Below, piece by piece: positions 1-10,800 of a stretch of DNA of 64,000 nucleotides. The DNA is from Abditibacterium sp. (GTDB lineage: Bacteria > Armatimonadota > Abditibacteriia > Abditibacteriales > Abditibacteriaceae). The position numbers were made by a program, and so were the translations under genes. The stretch lies in contig OZ251992.1 in the NCBI GenBank assembly GCA_965246885.1, positions 2,528,001-2,592,000 of the forward strand. The letters are read 5' to 3'. Within the stretch, counting starts at the first letter, position 1. Every line of letters starts with the position of its first letter. The notes under the pieces were generated by a model. The model was not told the origin of the DNA, did no database searches, and was given only the letters and a program-made list of their open reading frames with translations.

Positions 1-331
1 CCTCGTCCAGCAACTTCACGAGGTAGGGCCGAGACACGTTCAGCACATCGGCGGCTTCAAACGTCGAGAGTTCGGCCTCTACTGGCAGCAGTTGCACGGC
101 GCTCCCTTCGGCGACCAGTGCCAACAGGCGGGTGAGCATCTGTAACACCGAAGCGGGCAGCGCCACGACCTCATGGGGTTCGTTCTCGTCCCCCAAGCGC
201 ACCACTATAGGTTGGTCGTCCCCCTTGGCCGCGGCGCGGGCACCCAGTAGCGACACTAGACGAAGGCTCGACTCGCGCGCGATTTCACTGTCCTGCGCGC
301 TGGGGACGGTTTGGGGAAAAGCGTTGATCAT
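1..331 (-). CDS. Excisionase-family helix-turn-helix DNA-binding protein (runs off the window edge)
   Basis: Manual translation from ATG at 331: MINAFPQTVPSAQDSEIARESS...LPASVLQMLTRLLALVAEGSAVQLLPVEAELSTFEAADVLNVSRPYLVKLLDE. The LST.EAAD.LNVSRPYLVKLL segment is the excisionase-like HTH signature. Not in the ORF track because it is open at position 1. Confidence 0.85.
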   Translation of the reverse strand, partial: MINAFPQTVPSAQDSEIARESSLRLVSLLGARAAAKGDDQPIVVRLGDENEPHEVVALPASVLQMLTRLLALVAEGSAVQLLPVEAELSTFEAADVLNVSRPYLVKLLDE

Positions 332-513
332 TTGGACTCTTGCACCTCTTCGGCACTCTCAGCAGTTTAACGCAGCGTTGCACATATTGCATCTGGAGCG
401 ATGGAAGCGTCCAACGTGTCGCTTGCGTGTCGCTTGAGAGCGCTTTTGATCGTATAGAATAGGCGACATCTTGGGCAACTGAAGCGGGGCGCAAGAAACT
501 GCCCGGCGAACGT

Positions 514-1046
514 TCAACTTTGCGGGGCTTCACGGGCGGCTTGAAGTTGTTTGTAGGACAAGTAGAAGCGCAGCGAGTCGTCGAGCAGTGGCTTCATGCC
601 CAGTTTCAAATAGAACGCCTTGGCCCGTTCATGTTTGGCATCCACCAGAAAAAAGCGCACCGGAGCCGCACCGCTCTCGATCACGGCATGAGTACGTAAG
701 AGGGCGCCGGCGAACATGGGCTGGCCAAGACCGCACACTTGGAAGCGCGCATCCACCGCCAAACGCGCCATCAGCAACACCGGAATACTCGCTGGCATGC
801 CGCGCGCCAACTTGCTCGGCATCTCGTTGCACATGAGCGAGGGTGTAGTAGCCCGCGACTATTACCCGCAAAGAGAAACGTAGGTGCGGGACAGCATCGC
901 TTTTGGCGGCTGAGGGCTGATTGAACCAGAAAGCGGTCGAGTTCCGCTTCGCCACACGCAAAATCCGCGACCTCGTGTTCGAGGGACAATACAACGGGAG
1001 CCGACAACTCCTCCGGTTCAATTCCGGCCCGTCGCGGCTCACTCAC
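514..1046 (-). pseudogene. GNAT-family acetyltransferase toxin (TacT/AtaT-like), multiply frameshifted
   Basis: Consecutive toxin motifs lie in different frames: HEVADFACGEAELDRFL (ORF 771-1046), LSRTYV, VIVAGYYTL (ORF 629-1042), and IPVLLMARLAVDARFQ..GLG..VDAKHERAKAFY (ORF 514-834). Overlaps the DUF1778 antitoxin stop. Confidence 0.8.
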
Positions 1047-1378
1047 CCCACACCGGCTTGCGGGTGAGGAGAGCGCAAAGCGGCGTTAGGTTCCACTGGT
1101 TCGTCCATCACCCGGCACAGCGCCTCGTAACCCTTGGAGGAAAACACCACCACCGACTCCTCTACCACCGCTTGACGCGCCTGCTCCAGCGACGCTTGCA
1201 ACACAAAGGCGCTCAGGTCGGTGCCGCGAGAAAGGGCCGCCCGCTTGAGCAACTCCTTTTGCTCGGCGCTTGTGCGGATGGACAAGCGCTCCTCGCGTCG
1301 AGCATCCAAAATTGTTGTGTTGCTGCGGACGCGGGCGGCCCTCGCGCGTGGTATCGCTTTGTGGGTAGTTGCCGCCAT
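1043..1378 (-). CDS. DUF1778-family (TacA/AtaR-like) RHH antitoxin
   Basis: From ATG 1378: REERLSIRTSAEQKELLKRAALSRGTDLSAFVLQASLEQARQAV...FSSKGYEALCRVMDEPVEPNAALR. Sits directly upstream of the GNAT toxin remnant. Confidence 0.85.
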   Translation of the reverse strand: MAATTHKAIPRARAARVRSNTTILDARREERLSIRTSAEQKELLKRAALSRGTDLSAFVLQASLEQARQAVVEESVVVFSSKGYEALCRVMDEPVEPNAALRSPHPQAGVG

Positions 1379-1409
1379 GATCTGTTCCCCCCATTTCAAC
1401 GCATGGGCA

Positions 1410-1814
1410 AACGTTGTATTCCCTTTTCCGTCGTCCTCACGGTCTGGGTGTCGAGGATAGCGGCAGTGGGATGAGAGTGGGCGCGGCCCTGAGAGTAGCG
1501 CATCTCGACACGCAATGCCTCCACCACCCTGTCCTACGTCCCGTTCAACCTCCAGCGCCGAAACGCCGAGTAGACGCATTTCCACGAAGGGTAGCTCTGG
1601 GGCAGGTAGCGCCACTGGCAGCCTGTTCGCAACACATAGAAAATGGCGTTGAGCAACTCCCGGCGCGGCAAGCGCCCACTTCTGCCGCACGCCGCTCGCA
1701 GAACAGGCGCCACCAAACGCCATTGCTCGTCGCTCAGGTCGCTGGGATAGACCGCTTTCGTTATCTTTGGCATACACGCCAGTCTAAATTACACCCCGCT
1801 ACGGAGACAAGCTC
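1410..1814 (-). mobile_element. IS5-family (IS1031/IS427-like) insertion sequence fragment with a broken transposase
   Basis: ORF 1534-1773 has YPSDLSDEQW...NAIFYVLRTGCQWRYLP..YP.WK.VY..FRRW. After a TAG where Trp is expected, the frame continues DRVVEALR...PTAAILDTQTVRTTEKG and then stops. Probable outer end TCA|GAGCTTGTCT on the minus strand at ~1814. Confidence 0.8.
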
Positions 1815-1843
1815 TGAGGGCGACGGGCGCGACGGGGCGCCGA

Positions 1844-4800
1844 GTTTCAATCCCTCAAAGCACGATTAAAGGCTACAACGAAGCGAACAAGATCCGCATT
1901 GAATCGAAAAGTTTCAATCCCTCAAAGCACGATTAAAGGCCGCGCTGCTTTTGCACAGCAGCAGTTCGCGCCCGTTTGTTTCAATCCCTCAAAGCACGAT
2001 TAAAGGACGCAGGGAAAGTCACGGGCCTGTCCGCGTTCCTTGAGTTTCAATCCCTCAAAGCACGATTAAAGGTTGAACGCGAACCGGGTGCGTGGGGCTG
2101 TCTGATGTCGTTTCAATCCCTCAAAGCACGATTAAAGGTTCCCCCTTCGATCCTTGCGGCCATCGAAAAAGTCTAGTTTCAATCCCTCAAAGCACGATTA
2201 AAGGTTCAAAGGGCACGTCGAACACAAGCGCACTTGGCCAAGTTTCAATCCCTCAAAGCACGATTAAAGGCCGGTTGCGAGCATCGCGGCGCCGACATCG
2301 TGGCCGTCGTTTCAATCCCTCAAAGCACGATTAAAGGTTACACGAGTCGTTTTTCAATGGCACATGGAAAGCGGAGTTTCAATCCCTCAAAGCACGATTA
2401 AAGGTATAGGCGACTGCACGCCCGTATTTGTCCAAGCGTTGTTTCAATCCCTCAAAGCACGATTAAAGGTTCAAAGGGCACGTCGAACACAAGCGCACTT
2501 GGCCAAGTTTCAATCCCTCAAAGCACGATTAAAGGGCGGCGTCGAAGCCGTCAATAGTCTGCGCGTAGCCGAAGTTTCAATCCCTCAAAGCACGATTAAA
2601 GGCTGCGCCGAAGCTCTCGACGCCGGTGGTTGAGCCGCTTGGTTTCAATCCCTCAAAGCACGATTAAAGGGCCCGCGAGGTAGAGGGCGATGGTTGTCGC
2701 AATGATGGGTTTCAATCCCTCAAAGCACGATTAAAGGGGACAGGCATGTTCGTCGAACGCACCATGTCGCGAACGTTTCAATCCCTCAAAGCACGATTAA
2801 AGGTTGGCGTGGTGGCAACTCGTTCCCGGCTCGATGCGTTTCAATCCCTCAAAGCACGATTAAAGGCCGAATGATGTCGAACGGGCGAAGTATCGGAAAT
2901 TGTTTCAATCCCTCAAAGCACGATTAAAGGGTTCATCATGGAAGTGCTGACCGGGCGGGTCGTGGACGTTTCAATCCCTCAAAGCACGATTAAAGGCGGC
3001 GGTGGCCTTGGCGGGGCCGGTCGGGGTGTTGGGTTTCAATCCCTCAAAGCACGATTAAAGGCCGCACCTCGCCGCCGTTGGCGCGCGAAAGTTCCATTTG
3101 TTTCAATCCCTCAAAGCACGATTAAAGGATCGCCCACGAGCGCCGCCAACTCCTTGCTCATTTCGGTTTCAATCCCTCAAAGCACGATTAAAGGCCGCGC
3201 CTGCACCGCGTCGGGCAGCGCCGCGTGCTGTGTTTCAATCCCTCAAAGCACGATTAAAGGGCTGGAACTGGGCGCCTACGAGGGCGAGAAATCTCCGAGT
3301 TTCAATCCCTCAAAGCACGATTAAAGGAAAGCACTCGAAGACGCTTACACCGGCCAGAAAACAGTTTCAATCCCTCAAAGCACGATTAAAGGGCGGCTCA
3401 TCAAGCGCGTTCTTGGCCCGCTCGAAAAGGGTTTCAATCCCTCAAAGCACGATTAAAGGCGGTGGCCGCTTTCGTCGGTATCAAATTGCGTGAACCGTTT
3501 CAATCCCTCAAAGCACGATTAAAGGTGGTTGTCTTCTACTTCGAGGTCGTAAAGGCTTTGAGTTTCAATCCCTCAAAGCACGATTAAAGGCCATTGACGG
3601 CATCGCCGATTTGTGCGGCAAATTCGTGTTTCAATCCCTCAAAGCACGATTAAAGGGCGCAGATCAGCAGGTAGAGCGCGGCTTCCCGCCATTGTTTCAA
3701 TCCCTCAAAGCACGATTAAAGGGGCCGAACTGGGGCACGCTTCCACCAACTCCATGAGGTGTTTCAATCCCTCAAAGCACGATTAAAGGTCCCTGCTGCT
3801 TGACGAACCGTTCACAGCGGTTCAATGTTTCAATCCCTCAAAGCACGATTAAAGGGTCGGGGTCGCCGCTCCGGGAGTTGTGGCACCGTGCGTGTTTCAA
3901 TCCCTCAAAGCACGATTAAAGGTCCGGCGTCGGGGGTGGGCGTCGCCACGTCAAATGAGGTTTCAATCCCTCAAAGCACGATTAAAGGTTGGTCGCCGTG
4001 TTGTTCGTCGGATCAAACACCACGAGTTTCAATCCCTCAAAGCACGATTAAAGGGGCATCAGTTCAAGCGTCATGTATCCACCCTCTTCGAGTTTCAATC
4101 CCTCAAAGCACGATTAAAGGCTTGCGTGGCGGCGGGGTGCGGGGCGGCCTCGACGGGGTTTCAATCCCTCAAAGCACGATTAAAGGCCGCCCGTAGACGC
4201 GCCGCCCGCGCCCTTACCCCAAGTTTCAATCCCTCAAAGCACGATTAAAGGTTACTCGATCCTCAGCGCCTGCTCTCCGCGCACAGGGGTTTCAATCCCT
4301 CAAAGCACGATTAAAGGCCGTTCTCCTCGATGTCCTTGACTTCGTAGGTGAGTCCGTTTCAATCCCTCAAAGCACGATTAAAGGTCGATGCACAAGCCGA
4401 AGCGAAATGAAGGAATGGCAGTGTTTCAATCCCTCAAAGCACGATTAAAGGAGCGCGAGGATCGCAAAGACGCCGTTTCTATTTTGCGTTTCAATCCCTC
4501 AAAGCACGATTAAAGGCCCCGCGTCGTGGCCTGTCCGGCGTGGCGGTCGCGGGTTTCAATCCCTCAAAGCACGATTAAAGGTGCACCCGGCGACGGACAA
4601 AAACGAGTTTCTCTTCGTGTTTCAATCCCTCAAAGCACGATTAAAGGGTTACTCCGTCCTTGGCGAGATAGGCGCGAAACTCTGTTTCAATCCCTCAAAG
4701 CACGATTAAAGGTCGCCAAGGACGGAGTAACCGCGCACCTATATCGCTATCGTTTCAATCCCTCAAAGCACGATTAAAGGTCGGCAAACGTGGCTCCTGC

Positions 4801-7800
4801 CTCGGTTGCGGCTTGTGGTTTCAATCCCTCAAAGCACGATTAAAGGGCTCTCCTCGCTTGTCGCGTGTTCCTGATAGCGATATGTTTCAATCCCTCAAAG
4901 CACGATTAAAGGTTTGGCTTTATAAAGCCAAACTTAGCGTGTAGTTCGACGTTTCAATCCCTCAAAGCACGATTAAAGGCGGCGCGGCGAGGACGGCATC
5001 GTGTGCAAAGTGCGTTGGTTTCAATCCCTCAAAGCACGATTAAAGGCGTGTTCCGGGTTTTTACCCCAACCCGGAACAAAACCGTTTCAATCCCTCAAAG
5101 CACGATTAAAGGGACGAGATGCCCGCCCGCCCGCTCGTCCTCGATGTCGGTTTCAATCCCTCAAAGCACGATTAAAGGAAGGCGTCAATGTCCGGCTCGT
5201 TGTTCGAGCCGTGTTTCAATCCCTCAAAGCACGATTAAAGGGCCCAGCGCCTTGCGGCTGGCTTTCCCGTCCGGGACAGTTTCAATCCCTCAAAGCACGA
5301 TTAAAGGTTCGGGCAAAGGAATCCGGATTATATGTTGAACATGTGTTTCAATCCCTCAAAGCACGATTAAAGGGCGCGCGCAGGGCAACAGAGATTCGAT
5401 AAAACTCGACGTTTCAATCCCTCAAAGCACGATTAAAGGCACTCTCATCAATCCATATCTTTGAGGCATTGTCAACGTTTCAATCCCTCAAAGCACGATT
5501 AAAGGCAGCAATTCCATTAGAGAAACAATCGTTTGGCCCATTGTTTCAATCCCTCAAAGCACGATTAAAGGTCTCGGCTTGAAAGAGCGGCTTGCGCGCG
5601 AGAACATGTTTCAATCCCTCAAAGCACGATTAAAGGCAGCTGCTACAAAAGCAACTTCATACGCTATAGATGTTTCAATCCCTCAAAGCACGATTAAAGG
5701 TCGTTGTAAAGCTCCTGCTTCACGGGGTCAAACCGGAGTTTCAATCCCTCAAAGCACGATTAAAGGATGGAGCAGATACGCCTCGATCTCCGCGCGCCCG
5801 ACGAGTTTCAATCCCTCAAAGCACGATTAAAGGCGGGTTGCGCCGCACGATGCCCAGTGCCGGATTTGGTTTCAATCCCTCAAAGCACGATTAAAGGGGT
5901 TTGATGCCCGTCACGCGGAACGGGCCGACGTCGGTTTCAATCCCTCAAAGCACGATTAAAGGATCGGCGACACGAGCAAAAGCGTCTTCATCGGGCCAGA
6001 GTTTCAATCCCTCAAAGCACGATTAAAGGGACAAGTTGCCGACGAAGGCGATTCTGTTCGTCTTGTGTTTCAATCCCTCAAAGCACGATTAAAGGTTCGC
6101 CGTGCTGAGTTGGTCGCGTAGCTCTTGAATTGGTTTCAATCCCTCAAAGCACGATTAAAGGGTGCCCGTCCCAGTGCAAAACACTGTTTTCGGCGACTGT
6201 TTCAATCCCTCAAAGCACGATTAAAGGCAGTTTATCATAGATAAGCGTTTAGGTAGAACTCTTTGTTTCAATCCCTCAAAGCACGATTAAAGGTGACTTT
6301 TGAGGAAGCGTGCCGGGACATCGAAGAGTGGTTTCAATCCCTCAAAGCACGATTAAAGGACCTCTAGCGGTACACCATACTGTAAGCCCATGGAAAGTTT
6401 CAATCCCTCAAAGCACGATTAAAGGGCTCGCAGTAGGCGCAAGCATCGTTGTTTGTAGCAAGTTTCAATCCCTCAAAGCACGATTAAAGGAAGCGCGTCG
6501 CCAGAAGCGGGGGGCGCTCCTATGGCCGTTTCAATCCCTCAAAGCACGATTAAAGGAAGCCACGCCGCCGCCGCTTCGCGCGCTGAGGGTCTCGTTTCAA
6601 TCCCTCAAAGCACGATTAAAGGCCCGTGTTCGTCGCGCTGCATCGGAAGCGTCGTGAACGTTTCAATCCCTCAAAGCACGATTAAAGGCGATGTGGCAGT
6701 TCTTTCGGGCCTTCCCGCGCAGGAAGTTTCAATCCCTCAAAGCACGATTAAAGGGCTGTTCGCCCTTCGCCATCGCCGCGTCCACTTTTTTGTTTCAATC
6801 CCTCAAAGCACGATTAAAGGCGAGCAAACGCACATGGAACTGGCGCCGCCGGGAAGCGGTTTCAATCCCTCAAAGCACGATTAAAGGGTTCGTTCGCGCG
6901 CTGCGGCGCTACGTCGGGCGTTGTTTCAATCCCTCAAAGCACGATTAAAGGATGGCGCGCGCGGGGTGCGGCAAGACGTTCTCCATCGGTTTCAATCCCT
7001 CAAAGCACGATTAAAGGGTGCGAGCGGCACTTGGACGCGCACGAAATGGGCGCGGTTTCAATCCCTCAAAGCACGATTAAAGGGCGCCACATCGAGTTGC
7101 ACGGCAAAGCGCCGCTCGTGTGTTTCAATCCCTCAAAGCACGATTAAAGGTTCGTAGGTTCGCCCGTTGTAAGTGACGATGTCGTGTTTCAATCCCTCAA
7201 AGCACGATTAAAGGGGCTCCTCGCTTTGCAAAACGAGGAGCGCGCCACCATGTTTCAATCCCTCAAAGCACGATTAAAGGTTCTTCCGCGTTAACCCTTC
7301 CACTGTGAGCGACGCCTAGTTTCAATCCCTCAAAGCACGATTAAAGGTCGCGCGCGACTTGTTGCCATGACACATCCAACCGCTGTTTCAATCCCTCAAA
7401 GCACGATTAAAGGCGGATAGTTGTCCTCGTAGCGCACGAGAAGCGGGTTGTGTTTCAATCCCTCAAAGCACGATTAAAGGCCGGTTGTGGTCAAAACGGG
7501 GCCGATTGGCTTACTGGTTTCAATCCCTCAAAGCACGATTAAAGGAACGCGCGCGGCGGGATTTTGAGTTCGAGAATCATGGGTTTCAATCCCTCAAAGC
7601 ACGATTAAAGGGATCTGCCGCTCGCTCAGGTCAATTCCGACGTAGCGCGTTTCAATCCCTCAAAGCACGATTAAAGGGCCCGGAGAACCCTCGTTTTGGA
7701 GGATCGTTCGATGTTTCAATCCCTCAAAGCACGATTAAAGGAGCAGTTTTTTCAGCCGACGCCCTACAATCCTCAGTGTTTCAATCCCTCAAAGCACGAT

Positions 7801-10800
7801 TAAAGGACGCGGATGGCACACCGCTTTACCGCTCCGATGTGGGTTTCAATCCCTCAAAGCACGATTAAAGGTTGATGATCGGCACGCCCTTCTTGGCGAG
7901 TGCGACGCGGTTTCAATCCCTCAAAGCACGATTAAAGGAAACCGCCGTTTCCCCATTGGGCGAAGGGCGCAGCGGTTTCAATCCCTCAAAGCACGATTAA
8001 AGGCTTGAGACGCGCCAACGCTTACCCATCCTGACGGCGGTTTCAATCCCTCAAAGCACGATTAAAGGGTAGACCCCGCGAGCGTGCCACCCTACACGCC
8101 ACCCACGTTTCAATCCCTCAAAGCACGATTAAAGGGCGTCAACAGCAAGGTGCCTTTCCATTTCAAGCAGGTTTCAATCCCTCAAAGCACGATTAAAGGT
8201 TAGGATGAACGCCAAACGCTCGCGCTCCTGCGTGCGTTTCAATCCCTCAAAGCACGATTAAAGGGATGGATGCCCAGCATGGCCAAGGCCGCTTTTACGT
8301 TGTTTCAATCCCTCAAAGCACGATTAAAGGTGTGGTGGACGTGCGGCGAGATCGGGCACGTCACCTGTTTCAATCCCTCAAAGCACGATTAAAGGCTCAG
8401 CCATCATCAAAAACCGTGTCGTCAGGTTCTTGTTTCAATCCCTCAAAGCACGATTAAAGGTTGCCGTGTCCGCCGCCGCAAGAGGGGCAGGCTTCGAGTT
8501 TCAATCCCTCAAAGCACGATTAAAGGCTTGTGGCGGCAGGTCGGGCGGGTTGGTGGGTGCGGGGTTTCAATCCCTCAAAGCACGATTAAAGGTCGGTTTA
8601 CTCCAACGTGGACTGCATCACGTCCCCAGTGTTTCAATCCCTCAAAGCACGATTAAAGGTCTGGCGCGCGTTTGGCCTTGAGCAGCGCATCGTGGGTTTC
8701 AATCCCTCAAAGCACGATTAAAGGTTCGAGTGCAACCGCCGCATTTGGGAGGAGATGCTGGTTTCAATCCCTCAAAGCACGATTAAAGGCAGGCGAAGCT
8801 GCCGATGTTCCGGGCGAAACCAAATAGTTTCAATCCCTCAAAGCACGATTAAAGGCAACACCGCGCCGCCGGGCAAGCGCCCGATGAATCGCGTTTCAAT
8901 CCCTCAAAGCACGATTAAAGGAAGGCGCCGAATTGGAGCCGCTCCGCGTAGATAACGAGGTTTCAATCCCTCAAAGCACGATTAAAGGCGTAGCCAAGCG
9001 GGTGCCGTGCTTGCAGGTGATGGGGTTTCAATCCCTCAAAGCACGATTAAAGGGAAGGCGATGTTGACAAGGTTGCCGTTGGTCAGCGTGTTTCAATCCC
9101 TCAAAGCACGATTAAAGGGCGCATGATTAAAAACGCAGTTAAAACACGCACTCGAGTTTCAATCCCTCAAAGCACGATTAAAGGTTCCATGACGGTTCGT
9201 CTATGCGCCCCGTCGTTTTGAGTTTCAATCCCTCAAAGCACGATTAAAGGTTAGGTCGTAAACCTCGCTCGTGGTGACTTCGAGGTGTTTCAATCCCTCA
9301 AAGCACGATTAAAGGAGGTCGGCGAGCTTTTTGAGGCCGCGCGACAGGATGTGTTTCAATCCCTCAAAGCACGATTAAAGGGAAATTTGTTCTGTTGTCA
9401 TGATTGAATTAGCTCCAGTGTTTCAATCCCTCAAAGCACGATTAAAGGCACACGCCGCAGCGCCCGTGCCCCTCGTTGCAAAAAGTTTCAATCCCTCAAA
9501 GCACGATTAAAGGGGGCTTTCATGGGGCACGCCCGCACTTCCCGAACAGGGTTTCAATCCCTCAAAGCACGATTAAAGGATGCGCTTGCCGACGAAATCC
9601 GCGCGCGGCGATTGGTGTTTCAATCCCTCAAAGCACGATTAAAGGCCACGTTCCACAGCAAACGATCAACCATCGAGGAAGTGTTTCAATCCCTCAAAGC
9701 ACGATTAAAGGGCGGAACGCCGGTGCCGGATAGTTTTGCAACTCTTGGATGTTTCAATCCCTCAAAGCACGATTAAAGGCTGTAGGACAGACTCAAAGAT
9801 CTTACACAAACTACAAGTTTCAATCCCTCAAAGCACGATTAAAGGTGGCGTTGGCTTCCAAAGCAGCCGCATTAACCGAACGTTTCAATCCCTCAAAGCA
9901 CGATTAAAGGCACGCGGCGAGTAGTGCGGGCGCGGCGGCGATGAGATGTTTCAATCCCTCAAAGCACGATTAAAGGTACGGCGCCACCACGCACAGATGA
10001 CGCATGAGGAAATGTTTCAATCCCTCAAAGCACGATTAAAGGTGCCCCTCTCGCGCATGTATCCAAACGCACGCGCGAGGTTTCAATCCCTCAAAGCACG
10101 ATTAAAGGTTTACCGCGACCCGAAGGTACTGTGGAACAGCGACGAGTTTCAATCCCTCAAAGCACGATTAAAGGCCCGCTCGACCCGGCACGGCGAACCG
10201 CGCGTTTGACGTTTCAATCCCTCAAAGCACGATTAAAGGGCTGTCGGTGCGCTTCGCGGCGGGGGGCACCATTCAAGTTTCAATCCCTCAAAGCACGATT
10301 AAAGGCCGACGCTGCGCGACGAGGGGCTAACCACCGAAGCGGGTTTCAATCCCTCAAAGCACGATTAAAGGTGGCTACGCTGTCCACGACCGATGCGCGC
10401 TACACGCCTGTTTCAATCCCTCAAAGCACGATTAAAGGTCGCGTCTTCGTCGCTCGTTTGAGCGTCCGGCACCGGTGGTTTCAATCCCTCAAAGCACGAT
10501 TAAAGGCGGCTTTTTTGCCGCGCGCGGCAGCGACGCTCAGGAGTTTCAATCCCTCAAAGCACGATTAAAGGAGGCGATCACGAATTTGATCAACGGCATT
10601 TGCGGGCGTTTCAATCCCTCAAAGCACGATTAAAGGTCACAATGCCCGTCAGGAAGTCGATTGTTTTGGGATGTTTCAATCCCTCAAAGCACGATTAAAG
10701 GATTATGCCCCGGCAAAACGTCTTTACCTTTAACGCAGTTTCAATCCCTCAAAGCACGATTAAAGGAGCGGCCTTCACACTCGCTTCTTCTTGGTCAGAG

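Noticed and set aside
1043..1777. 244-aa ORF as a single protein
   Set aside because: It is an off-frame read of the IS transposase running into the IS tail and the DUF1778 antitoxin; the antitoxin starts at 1378.
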